DNA from: Eledone cirrhosa
Taxonomy: Eukaryota
Direction: 5' to 3'
Assembly: GCA_964016885.1 (NCBI GenBank)
Contig: OZ024757.1
Location: forward strand, 43,866,944 to 43,930,943
Length of the DNA: 64,000 nucleotides
Positions 35,201 to 48,398 of this stretch are shown one piece after another (the stretch's first letter is position 1; each line of letters starts with the position of its first letter). The notes under the pieces were generated by a model. That model saw only the letters and a list, made by a program, of their open reading frames with translations, ran no database searches and was not told the DNA's origin. The position numbers and the translations under genes were made by a program.

Positions 35201-38200
35201 GTATAGTGTTTTTGTGTTTATACGTCTACAAATGTTTATGCCATATTTCAATTAGGAAAGGGAGTTTACTCTTGGATATTTTAATAAAATTACGAGTTGT
35301 TTCCCCTCTTAGCAGGAAATTTAGTTATTTGATAAAACTCAATTGTCAAGGCTGGTTGTCTCGGTCAGTGCTAAGTGTCTAGTGATTGTTGCAGTGAAAA
35401 TCAATGAAGTACAAGCATAACAGACGAGAGAGAAGAATGCAGGCCCAGCAGTTTGAGTTCGCTGCCAAGCAGATGCCAATATAATATAAAATATTATTGA
35501 ATCGGATAGTTTATTGATTCCCTGTTTTATTGCAAAAGCGAATTCTTTAAAGTGCGAGACTATAGTGTTTGTCGTTGATGTATTTTTATCTATATTACTC
35601 TGCGTAAATACTGAATTTATGAGATGCCCGACCCTACATAAGCCCACAAACAGGCCTTCAACAGTAAAAATTGTCCTTTGTTAAAAAGAAGTTTTTTTCT
35701 TAATATAATTACGTTTATCTGCTGGATTGGTTATTGACCATTTTTGTAGGAGGGGATTTTGTTAGTGGTGCGTTACCTTCGCTGACTTAACTCTGAGAAA
35801 GAAAAGCAATTATATTTTTCTTCAACTGTATTTAGCCACTGAAGAATGGGTGTAGCTCCTTGGAGCACTCGGGTGTAATGACTTTGGCTTTAGTGTTCGT
35901 GTAGAGCAGTGATACTTTTGTATTCCACAAAAATCTTGATCAGGCAGTGACGATAGTCAGAATTATAGGCAATTTGCTTTAGCTCCTTCAAATATCTTCA
36001 TCAGGATGTGACCGTTGGTTGATCTTTATCTGTGAAGCTGTTGTGGTTGTTTGAGCTTTTTGTCCATGTAGGGCTGGATTCTCTTAAGAATCACACCCTG
36101 TTGAGGGTCTTTGCCACAAGTGAGGTCCCCCTGTAGTTGGTGTTAGAGAGATCTGCCTTCTTTGGCAGTGGCACGAAGTTACTGATCGTCCACTGGTTCA
36201 GGGCAACTCGTTTCTCCAGAACTGAAAATCACAACTCTACATGACCTGTAGCCACTCGATTTTCTCCATGGGCCTTGCCCTCCTTTATCTTTTTTTGCTC
36301 TCTGAAGCTCCTCTGGCAAAGGGTCCTGTCTCAATATGCAGTTTTTGTAACGGCCACCTGATCTCCCCAGTGTTCTTGGCTGTGGAGGGCATTTCATAGT
36401 TGTCTACTAAAATGGTCTAGACTATAATCTGACATCCGGTTTTAAATTCTTGTTATTGCCTGCAGGACTATGATAAAAAGGAGAGGGCTAAGAACAGCCC
36501 TGGTGTACACCGACCTGCATGCTAAATTCCTCGCTCTAGTCATTGATAACTGCTGATTGTTTCTTTATACATGGCTTGTACAGCCCTCATAAGCTATTCA
36601 TCTACTTCAAATTTTCTAAGAGCCCACCAGATTATAGCATGGTGGACTCTGTCGAAGGCTATTTCCATTTCGACAAATGCCAGTTAGAGCGGCTTACTTT
36701 TAGCTAGGTACTTTTCCTGTAACTGCCTCACAAAGGTGAGGACATGGATGGTGCCTTTTCCTGGTACAAAGCCCAATTGCATATCATGTAGTTTCACCCT
36801 GTTCCTAATCAACTCTTTGTTACTTTCATGACCTGGTCCATCAGCTTTATACCTCTAGTTTCCTCTATCTAGTGCATCACTTTTACCTTTGTATCAGTTG
36901 ACCATGATGCTGCTGCACGAATCGTTTGGTACGACGCCCTTTAGTATTACCTAGTTAACAATACGTGTGGTTATGGTCTGATCTACCGACCCAGATGCCT
37001 TGAGCATCTCGGCAGCTATACCCGATAGACTGGTTGCCTTCCCCGTCTTCATATCTTTGATTGCCATACTACATTGCTGCTGACTTGTTCTGCTAGCCCC
37101 TCTATAGGGTTCACTTTGGGTATGGTATCTTTTTCCCATACATTCTCCTCATTTAGTAATATTTCATACTGGCTCTTCCACGCATCTTCTCAGCACTTGT
37201 GAGTGCAAGCTGACTTTTATCATTCTGGATACACTTTTGTCCAATGACATCACAATTCTCTCTGAAACACTGCCTCGTAATCTGGAACAACTGTTTCTGT
37301 TCCTCGTGTTGCAAAACATGCTTGAATTTCCTATCCTCTGCCTCCCTTCTAGCTAAGTATACTTGTCGCCTAGCTTCGCTCCTGGTCTCTATGTAATGTG
37401 CCCTGTTTTTCCATTCTTTCCATGCCTGTCTCTTAGCCTTAACTGGCTCATCTACAATATTGTTCTACCACCAAGTCACTCTCCTCATCCATGTATATAT
37501 CTTTTTATCATTATCCTTTTCTCAAATATACACACATGCAAATATTATGCATGGATATGTTAACTGGTAGCTGGAGAGTGAGAATAATATAGATGATAAA
37601 AATCTATCTTCAGCAACAAGTGCTATATTGTCTCCCATGTTGAAAGATATTATTTTACAATATAAGAACTTGAAACTAAGACTAACTGATGTATAGAATA
37701 GAAAGACCTAGATGTGAAAAGAAGTGGAAATTGTGCAGATTGAAGATTGAAGATTTGACCGATGTGAAGAAACTGGAAAGATGTGTCGAAAAGCGTGAAG
37801 AATGCAGACCGTAGGAAAGACATCCCCGAGAGTGAACATTTGAAGCTAGAGCAAGGTTTTAAGAGTTAGAAAGAGTAGTTGTTGATTGTTCCTTTGAAAA
37901 GCAATGAAGTGGAAGCATAACAGACAAGAATGCAGACCCAGCAGTCGGAGTTAAGCAGCGAAGCAGATGCCAATATAATATTAAATATTAGAGAATCAGT
38001 TTGTTCTTATTTCATGTTTTATTGCGAAATGGTATTGTTGAAAGCTAAAGACAATATAGCGTTTGTTGAAGATGATGTATATTACTTTCTATGCAGAAAT
38101 AAGGAAACATTTGCAGTCATCATCATCATACGTTCGCTCTCAAGTGTGGGACATGTACTATTGAGCACCGCCTCTTTCGGCTTATACCGGTCGTTGTTCA

Positions 38201-39178
38201 CCTCGTTGGTGATTGTTAGCGATTTGAGGTCTGCTCTCACCACCTGTCTATGTTTTTCCTAGTCTGTCTTCTACTCGAATTACTTGGCACTTGTTTACCC
38301 AGCAAACCATCTTATACTTTTCTCCTGCACACAACTCATACCCATTTTCTCTCTCAACTCATCTCTGCTCGGTCGTCGGAGCATGCTTCCTTCATTTCTT
38401 TGCCAGCCTTGGCATATTCTCTGCAATTGCTGGCCATGTCTCACTTCTTCCAACCCATCCTTATTGTAGATATTATGGCCTCGTAGTAGCCTCCTCTCTT
38501 TCTAATCTGCTCATCTGTATAGAACTCACCTTCATTTGAAAACTGTTTCTATCACTGTCACTTCTACTGTGTAATTTCTCTGTACATGTAGTTTTCACTA
38601 CCTGTTTGCTTGCTATCCCACTACATATGTTGAGTACCCCACATGTGCATAGTGTATATTTTATAGAATTTATCCCAACTATTTTTCAACATAGGGAGCA
38701 TGTCCTCTTTTCTATGTTTTTATTCTGTCCTCTTGCTTCCAACTACTGTTTCCATAGACAGCATTTCTTCTTTAGCTTCTTTACTGATTCTGCTATAAGA
38801 ACCAGATCGTCATGGACAGCTAGTTTTAAACGCATCTGTTACTGACAGCACCTCTGTACAAAGCCTGCACTGCCCTCACAAGACATTCCCCAACACCTAG
38901 TTTGGTTAGGCACCACCAGATGACAGATCATGGTACCCTACCAAAGGAGTTGTCTGTCAACAAAATTAATTGCTAAGATGGTTATATTTTATATATTTCC
39001 TAAGACTCGTTTGATTAAAAAGCTTAATTTTTATTTCTTTTTACTAGATTGCCAGCGTTGAAATAGTTGCGCTTTAGTTGTGATGTAGGTGTTGCAAGTT
39101 CCGGCTGTAAGTCGTGGGGGTGTAGTATATTGTCATGTATGTGTACATATGTCTGTGTATGTATACACGTACACATGT
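35201..39178. repeat. Subtelomeric tandem duplication unit 3 (~4.0 kb)
   Basis: Colinear, with large deletions at ~35380 and ~36420. Confidence 0.93.
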
Positions 39179-42100
39179 GTGTAGTGTTTTTGTGTTTATA
39201 CGTCTACAAATGTATATGCAATATTTCAATTAGCAAAGGGAGATTACTGTTTGAATTTTTTAATAAAAATAAGAGTTGTTTCCCCTGTTAGCAGGAAATT
39301 TAGTTGTTTGATAAAACTGAATTGTCAAGGCTGGTTGTCTCGGTCAGTGCTAAGTGTCTGCTGAAGACTAGACATCTAAATTACGATATATAAGTACACA
39401 CATCCATGCATGGATATGTTGCCAAGGAGCTGTCGAGTGATTATAATGTAGATAAGCAAAATCTATGAACACTCGCTATATTATCTCGCACTTTTATGGA
39501 TATGTTTTTGCAATACAAGAATAGGAAACGAAGAAAAACTAATTGACTGAATACTGTGTGATGCAGGCAAAAGATGTTGAAATTGTGCCGAATTAAGATT
39601 GAAAATTTGACCGCTGTGGAGCAGCTGTGGAAAATTTGCATGATGTAGTGAAGAATGCAGTGGGTAGAAAAGACATCCCCGAGAATAAACAAGAGTAATT
39701 GGTGATTGTTGCAGTGAAAATCAATGAAGTACAAGCATAACAGACGAGACAGAAGAATGCAGGCCCAGCAGTTGGAGTTCGCTGCCAATATAATATAAAA
39801 TATTATTGAATCAGATAGTTTATTGATTCCCTGTTTTATTGCAAAAGCGAATCCTTTAAAGTGCGAGACAATATAGTGTTTGTCGTTGATGTATTTTTAT
39901 CTATATTACTCTGCGTAAATACTGAATTTATGAGATGCCCGACCCTACATAAGCCCACAAACAGACATTCAACAGTAAATATTTAATTGTCCTTTGTTTA
40001 AAAAGAAATTTTTTTTCTTAATATAATTACGTTTATCTGCTGGATTGGTTATTGACCATTTTTGTAGGAGGGGATTTTGTTAGTGGTGTGTTACCTTCGC
40101 TGACTTAACTCTCTGAGAAAGAAGAGCAATTTTGATATTTTTCTTTGACTGTATTTAGCCACTGAAGAATGGGTGTAGCTCCTTGGAGCACTCCCAACCA
40201 ATAGTTCGAAGAACCATCGGGTGTAATGACTTTGGCTTTAGTGTTCGTGTAGAGCAGTGATACTTTTGTATTCCACAAAAATCTTGATCAGGCAGTGACG
40301 ATCGTCAGAATTATAGGCAATTTGCTCAAATATCTTCATCAAGATGTGACCGTTGGTTGATCTTTATCTCTGAAGCTGTTGTGGTTGTTTGAGCTTTTTG
40401 TCCATGTAGGGCTGGATTCTCTTAAGAATCACACCCTGTTGAGGGTCTTTGCCACAAGTGAGGTTCCCCTGTAGTTGGTGTTAGAGAGATCTGCCTTCTT
40501 TGGCAGTGGCACGAAGTTACTGATCGTCCACTGGTTCAGGGCAACTCGTTTCTCCAGAACTGAAAATCACAACTCTTACATGACCTGTAGCCACTCGATT
40601 TTCTCCATGGGCCTTGCCCTCCATTATCTTCTTTTTTTGCTCTCTGAAGCTCCTCTCTGGCAAAGGGTCCTGTCTCAATATGCAGTTTTTGTAACAGCCA
40701 CCTGATCTGCCCAGTGTTCTTGGCTGTGGAGGGCATCTCATAGTTGTGTTCTAAAATGGTCCAGCCATTTCCTTTTTCCTATCCTCTGGATCTGTTTCCT
40801 TGATCTGACTCTTCCTCCATGTGATCTCGTTGATCATCCAACTGTCAACCGTTCTCTTAACACTTTAGTGCCTCCTCTCTGGCGTCAGTGTAAACGGTAC
40901 AGAGTGCTTCCCTCATCACCTCCACTGTGTCCATCCTCTCCATAGGATCAGCACAGAATTGGTCCTTGGCAGGCTGCACACACCTTTGGGTCTGCAGAAC
41001 TGACATGCTTCCTCTTCTTTCTCCTCAGCATCAGTGTCTCACTTGCTACTGCATTGTTCAAGTAGCCGTACCTCTTTGTCAAACTCTCTACATAGAGCAC
41101 TGAACCTGTTGCTCACTTCTCCTGTGAACCTCTTCTGTAGCTTATGTTCCTTGAACGTTCCCCAGTCATAGATTATACTGTTGGTGTAGCCTTGCTCTTT
41201 CTTAAGCTCACTCGGACCTCACTCATAAGAAGCATGTGTCCACTGTCCCAGTGTACTGAAATAGTTGTATGGTTCTGTGTTGAGAACACTATTGCGCTGC
41301 TTTTTCCTCACCAGATAGAAATCAATCTAGGTCTTGGTCCACATCTTTTCTTGATTCTCCCTTAACGTTAGGTTGGTTGCCATCAAGTTTGCATCCAGCA
41401 TGGCGTCTGTCGGTAGTCTTCCATTTCTGTTGGTGTTAGGGAATTACCAGCGCGGATCTTCTCTACTCTCCTTACTCAGATGTGCATAGAAGTCCCTCAG
41501 AAGAATGATGTTTTGAGCTTGTGTGGTGTTGACAGCTCTACACATCTCCTCATGAAATTCCTCCGCATTCACATCACTGTCTCCCTTGGTAGGACTATAA
41601 TCTGATATCCGGTTTTAAATTCCTGTTATTGCCTGCAGGACTATGATAAAAAGGAGAGGGCTAAGAACAGCCCTGGTGTACACGGACCTGCATGCTAAAT
41701 TCCTCGCTATAGTCATTGATAACCCTAACTTTGCTGACTGTTTCTATATACATGGCTTGGTACAGCCCTCATAAGCTATTCATCTACTTCAAAGAGCTCA
41801 CCAGATTATAGCATGGTGGACTCTGTCGAAGGCTTTTTCCATTTCGACAAATGCCAGGTAGAGAGGCTTACTTTTAGCTAGGTACTAATCAACTGTGCTA
41901 TAACTCTTTACGTTACTTTCATGATCTGGTGGTCCATCAGCTTTATACCTCTCTAGTTTCCTCTATCTAGTGCATCACCTTTACCTTTGTATCAGTTGAC
42001 CATGATGCTGCTGCACGAATCGTTTGGTACGACGCCCTTTAGTATTATCTAGTTAACAATACGTGTGGTTATGGTCTGATCTACCGACCCAGATGCCTTG

Positions 42101-44292
42101 AGCATCTCGGCAGCTATACCCGATGGACCGGTTGCCTTCCCCGTCTTCATATCTATGATTGCCATACTACATTGCTGCTGACTTGTTCTGCTAGCCCCTC
42201 TATAGGGTTCACTTTGGGTATGGTATCTTTTTCCCATACATTCTCCTCATTTAGTAATCTTTCATACTGGCTCTTCCACGCATCTTCTCAGCACTTTTGT
42301 CCAATGACATCACAATTCTCTCTGGAACACCTGTTTCTTTTCCTCGTGTTGCAAAACATGCTTGAAATTCCTATCCTCTACCTTCCTTCTAGCTAAGTAT
42401 ACTTGTCGCCTAGCTTTGCTCCTGGTCTCTCTGTAATGTGCCGTGTTTTTCCATTCTTTCCATGCCTGTCTCTTAGCCTTAACTGCCTCATCTACCATAT
42501 TGTTCTACCACCAAGTCACTCTCCTCATCCATGTATATATCTTTTTATCATTATCCTTTTCTCAAATATACACACAGGCAAATATTATGCATGGATATGT
42601 TAACTGGTAGCTGGAGAGAGAATAATATAGATAAGTCTATCTTCAGCAACAAGTGCTATATTGTCTCCCATGTTGAAAGATATTATTTTACAATATAAGA
42701 ACTTGAAACTAAGACTAACTGATGTATAGAATAGAAAGACCTAGATGTGAAAAGAAGTGGAAATTGTGCAGATTGAAGATTGAAGATTTGACCGATGTGA
42801 AGAAACTGGAAAGATGTTTCGAAAAGAGTGAAGAATGCAGTCCGTAGGAAAGACATCCCCGAGAGTGAACATTTGAAGCTAGAGCAAGGTTTTAAGAGTT
42901 AGAAAGAGTAGTTGTTGATTGTTCCTGTGAAAAGCAATGAAGTGCAAGCATAACAGACGAGACAAGAATGCAGGCCCACCAGTCGTAGTTAAGCAGCAAA
43001 GCAGATGCCAATATATTATTAAATATTAGAGAATCAGTTTGTTCTTATTTCATGTTTTATTGCGAAATGGTATTGTTGAAAGCTAAAGACAATATAGCGT
43101 TTGTTGAAGATGATGTATATTACTTTCTATGCAGAAATAATGAAACATTTGCACAGTCATCTTCATGATCATACGTTCGCTTTCAAGTGTGGGACATGTA
43201 CTATTGAGCACCGCCTCTCCACTTATACCGGTCGTTGGTCACCTCGTTGGTGATCGTTAGCGATTTGAGGTCTGCTCTCACCACCGCCGTATATGTTTTT
43301 CCTAGTCTTCCTCTACTGCGTGTTCCTTCTACTGGAATTTCTTGGCACATGTTTACCCAGCAAACCATCTTATTCTTCACTCCTGCACATAACTCATACC
43401 CATTTTCTCTCTCAACTCATCTCTGCTCGGTCGTCGGAGCATGCTTCCTTCATTTCTTTGCCAGCCTTGGCATATTCTCTGCAATTGCTGGCCATGTCTC
43501 ACTTCTTCCAACCCATCTTTATTGTAGATACTCTGGCCTCGTAGTAGCCTCCTCTCTTTCTAATCTGCTCATCTATGTAGCGGAAGGTACGAACCACTTG
43601 TATAGAACCCACCTTCATTTGAAAACTGTTTCTATCACTGTCACTTTTACTGTGAAATTTCTCTGTACAGGTAGTTTTCACTACCTGTTTGCTTGCTATC
43701 CCACTACATATGTTGAGTACCCCAGATGTGCATTGCGTATATTTTATATAATTTATCCCAACGCCTTTTCAACATAGTGAGCATGTTCTCTTTTCTATAT
43801 TTTTATTGTCCTCTTGCTTCCAACTAGTTTCCATAGACAGGATTTCTTCTCTAGCTTGTTTACTGATTCTGCTATAAGAACCAGATCGTCACGGACAGCC
43901 AGTTTTAAACGCATCTGTTACTGACAGCACCTCTGTACAAAGCATATACGGCCCTCACCACCTAGTTTGGTTAGGCACCACCAGATGACAGATCATGGTA
44001 ACCTACCAAAGGAGTTGTATGTCAAAAAAATTAATTGCTAAGATGGATTACATTGCCACCAGTTATATTTTATATATTTCCTAAGACTCGTTTGATTAAA
44101 AAGCTTAATTTTTTTATTTCTTTTTACTGACATTATTAGTTGTAGCTGTGATAAGTTTAGCTAGATTGCTAGCGTTGAAATAGTTGCGCTTTAGTTGTGA
44201 TGTAGGTGTTGCAAGTTCCGGCTGTAAGTCGTGGGGGTGTAGTATATTGTCATGTATGTGTACATATGTCTGTGTATGTATACACGTACACG
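39179..44292. repeat. Subtelomeric tandem duplication unit 4 (~5.1 kb)
   Basis: Colinear; lacks the SINE (empty site 44132-44147). Confidence 0.93.
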
Positions 44293-45010
44293 TGTGTAGT
44301 GTTTTGTGTTTATACGTCTACAAATGTATATGCAATATTTCAATTAGCAAAGGGAGATTACTGTTTGAATTTTTTAATAAAAATAAGAGTTGTTTCCCCT
44401 GTTAGCAGGAAATTTAGTTGTTTGATAAAACTGAATTGTCAAGGCTGGTTGTCTCGGTCAGTGCTAAGTGTCTGCTGAAGACTAGACATCTAAATTACGA
44501 TATATAAGTACACACATGCATGCATGGATATGTTGTCAAGTAGCTTGCGAGTGAGAATAATGTAGATAAGCAAAATATATGAACACTCGCTATATTATCT
44601 CGCACTTTTATGGATATGTTTTTGCAATATAAGAATAGGAAACGAAGAAAAACTAATTCACTGAATACAGTGTGATGCAGGCAAAAGATGATGAAATTGT
44701 GCCGAAATAAGATTGAAAATTTGACCGATGTGGAGCAGCTGTGGAAAATTTGCATTATGTAGTGAAGAATGCAGTGGGTAGAAAAGACATCCCCGAAAAT
44801 AAACAGAAAGAGTAGTTCCAGTGAAAATCAATGAAGTGCAAGCATAACAGATGAGAGAAGCATGCAGGCCCAGCAGTTGGAGTTCGCTGCTAAGCAGATA
44901 GATGCCAATAGAATCTAAAATATTATGGAATCAGATAGTTTATCGATTCCCTGTTTTATTGCAAAAGCGAATCCTTCAAAGTGCGAGACAATATAGTGTT
45001 TGTTGTTGAT
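44293..45010. repeat. Partial fifth unit
   Basis: Matches 39179-39890 up to atagtgtttgt.gttgatg, then diverges. Confidence 0.9.
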
Positions 45011-45293
45011 GATAATATACTTTGTGTAATAGTCTCTGTTCATAAATAATGAAAAATGTGCACATAGTCGACCCTGACTATACGTTCATATTAGTTGTGA
45101 AGCTTTGCTTGTTTAAAACAGAAAGACGACCATCTTTGATTAAAAATATCATTGTATAAGTTGTGCTTCTAAACACTACATGTAAACATGTAGAACACAG
45201 ACATTCACAAAGACCTTCAACACTAAATTTTAAAAAACAAATGGTTATTTAATTTCTATAATTAATTAAGATGGATTACATGGCCACCGATTA

Positions 45294-45920
45294 TCTATAT
45301 ATAAAACTGAAGATGTCCGAGTTCGAATCGCTAAAGCTCGAGAACCACCCAACGGACTGTTTTCAAACTTTACACATGTAATACTTATGTTTGAGAGATT
45401 GTTCTGATCACCCCCAAAAGATTTCAACTTTTCTAAGCCCACAGGGACGACATTAGGCGGTTTAGCGATCTCACTCTATAATTCTTAGTCTCTTTTTCGA
45501 TAGACGTACTTATAACGTCGCGCCCTTATTATATCTGTCTGACTGTCTGCATTACGTCATTTCCTTGAGGGTGTGTTTGAATCCCTTAAACTCGAAGTAC
45601 CCAACCGATATTTTTTCAAACTATAAATGCGTATTACTTAGGTTTAAGGTAGTGTTATGCACATTAAAAATTTAAACATTTTTTTTATCTGCTGGGGCCC
45701 GCATTAGATGAAAAAGTTTTTTTTTTATCTTAGGACTTTTTGTAGCCTTTACGTCTAGCCGATTTTCGCTAAATTTCAAGGCATATTATGGTCATAAAAA
45801 GAAAATCATTATCTCGATCCCCTAGGGCCCGCATTAGGTGAAAAGCTGCCTTTTTCTTGCTTCATCCATCAGAGTATTCGAAAATACTTTATATGGTGCA
45901 ACGCCAGGTACCACTGCTAG
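45294..45920 (+). mobile_element. Complete non-autonomous Helitron (627 bp)
   Basis: 5' TC at 45294 after an A; 3' GGTGCAACGCC hairpin remnant, CTAG 45917-45920, then T. No TSD. Flanks rejoin to match the uninterrupted gccaccggttatattttata site of the tandem units. Confidence 0.92.
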
Positions 45921-46784
45921 TATATTATAGATTTCACGAAACTCGTTTATTTAAATCTTTTTTACCATAATGCCATTTCGACTAGATCTGATAAGTTGAG
46001 CTAGATTGCCAGCGTCGAAATAGTTTCGCTTTAGTTAGGATGTAGGTGTTGAAAGGGCCGGATGTGAGCCTTGGGTGTAGTCTATTTTCACACATTCGTA
46101 GATATATACATGTATGTATATATATCTAAACACGTGTATGAAAGTATGTACACGACTTTATGTATGTAACCCTGTAACATTGAGCTTTCCGATAACCCTT
46201 TGTAAATATGCAATGTCGGTTTGATAAGCACGACAAAGAATTGAAGATACTAGGCAGATTAACATGTTAGTTGAACGACCGTTGACTTGAATTGCGCGTG
46301 AAAATACGTGGGTGCAGTTGGTGGGGCTGATGCTTTTAAGTTTGTTTTTGTCTTGTTGAATAATCATGGCGTGCTACTTTGTAGTACTTGTATTGCAGGC
46401 CGTTGTTCCGGTGGTTAAGGTAAGTGGCGATGTTATTACTGTTTGGGTATTTTAAGTTTTCGTCTAGTTGGTTTGGGGTGGCGGTCGGATTGGTTTCAGA
46501 TTAACGGTCTGTGTCTGGTTTACAGTTGTGATTAGTTTGTGTAAGAAGCGAAGAATGCCGCGATATATATTTATATTTTTAGAAAGGGAGAAACTGTATC
46601 TTAATCATTTTATCTGTAGAAACGTAAATTGCGAGATAGATTTTATTAAGGGGAAAGTTTTCGAGATAGGACAGTTAATAATTAAGTTATCATTTTGACG
46701 CATTTCTATTTCGAACTATAGACATATATGTAAAATTATCGCAGACAATTAGACATTTAATTTCCGCAAAATATATAATTCCAC

Positions 46785-47952
46785 GGGAGAGAATGTACTA
46801 TATAATCAATTGATTTCTCTCCCTTTAGTTCACTTTATATTTGTAAAGGGAGAGAAGTTTATTTAACAATATCTGTTATCTCCCCTTGACAGACTTTAAT
46901 AATAATTATAATTTTTTAGAAAAATATATTTTATTTTGGAAAAAGGTATTAGTAACAGTTTAATTTAAAAAAATAGTTGTCTCCCCTTGCTACACTTTGA
47001 CTATAATGTAATAAATTATGTTGTGACATTACTGCTGTTTTTATCAAGTAATTCTAACGCCCGGAATTTATAATTTAGTTATTAACTTAATATTAGCTCC
47101 CGAGAATCAACTTAAATAAGTTGTTTCCCCTTATTTGACTCAGCTTATTTTTATCTGGTCTTAACATAAGCTATCGCCGTTTTTATAGTGCAGGAATTAG
47201 TTACAATCTCTAGGTATCTACACTTAATTAATTTAAATGTAAGGTTAATAAAATTTGCAAGCTAATTTTAATTAATAAATTTGTCCAACTGTTTTCCATT
47301 TCAAATAATGTTATCTGTCGAACTTAATTAATTGCGAGACACCCTTTTCTGAACGCACAGCGACGGCATTATGAAAAAACAGTCAATTTTTACGGACAAA
47401 TGATTTACGTTACATTATATATAATTTACTTTTAACTAAGGCAGATAATATGGTTTATTTAATAACTAGGTTGTTTCCCTTGGGCGGACTTTAAGTAACA
47501 TAAATTTTCGCCGTTTTTATAGTGCTTCATAGTATTAAAAAAATGCTGAAATTTATGTTACACCGAAATCAAGAGAAAGTATGGCCAAGGGAAACAACCT
47601 ATTTATTAAATAAACAATTTTATCTCCCTTAGTTCAAACTAAAAACCAATTAAATTATATTTGATAAAAGTGAATTATATATATAATGTAACGTAAAATT
47701 GACGCCGTTTAGCAGTTCGTTTTCTGATATTATTTACGAACTCTTTCCGCAGTCTAATAGTAAAGAAACTAATAAAAACGGCGTTGATTTACGTTACATT
47801 ATATATAATTTTCTTATAAAAGATTGTTAGTTGATTTTTTTTTTTTATTGAATTAAGGGAGATAACATTGTTTATTAAATAAAAAGGTTGTTTCCCTTGA
47901 CAGGCATTTTCTCAGATATCTAGACTAGTTAATAATTAAGTTGTCCCCCTTT
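46785..47952. repeat. Telomere-adjacent array of ~45-bp imperfect palindromes AAGGGARA-(AT-rich)-TTRTYTCCCYT
   Basis: Copies at ~46785-46826, 46845-46887, 47438-47481, 47587-47630 and 47855-47898. Half-sites at ~46976, 47120 and 47940. Confidence 0.8.
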
Positions 47953-47989
47953 ACTTGTATAAATATATACTAGTATAGCTATAGGTAGG

Positions 47990-48398
47990 TTGGGGTTGGG
48001 GTTGGGGTTGGGGTTGGGGATAGGGTTGGGGTTGGGGATGGGGTTGGGGTTGGGGTTGGGGTTGGGGTTGGGGTTAGGGTTAGGGTTAGGGTTGGGGTTG
48101 GGGTTGGGGTTGGGGTTGGGGTTGGGGTTGGGGTTGGGGTTGGGGTTGGGGTTGGGGTTTGGGTTTGGGTTTGGGTTTGGGTTTGGGTTTGGGGTTGGGG
48201 TTGGGGTTGGGTTTGGGGTTGGGGTTGGGGTTGGGGTTGGGGTTGGGGTTGGGGTTGGGGTTGGGGTTGGGGTTGGGGTTGGGGTTGGGGTTGGGGTTGG
48301 GGTTGGGGTTGGGGTTGGGGTTGGGGTTGGGGTTGGGGTTGGGGTTGGGGTTGGGGTTGGGGTTGGGGTTGGGGTTGGGGTTGGGGTTGGGGTTGGGG
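47990..48398 (+). repeat. Proximal telomere variant repeats: mainly TTGGGG, with TTTGGG, ATAGGG, ATGGGG and a few TTAGGG
   Basis: Seen directly. Confidence 0.95.

Noticed and set aside
39355-39395. CTGAAGActagacatc(t/g)aaa in the tandem units
   Set aside because: No stem II or III pairing, and the core halves are never both intact in one copy.
46158-46698. Short ORFs and a GTAAGT donor in unique pre-telomeric DNA
   Set aside because: No recognisable homology or exon chain; cannot be supported as a gene or TERRA promoter from sequence.
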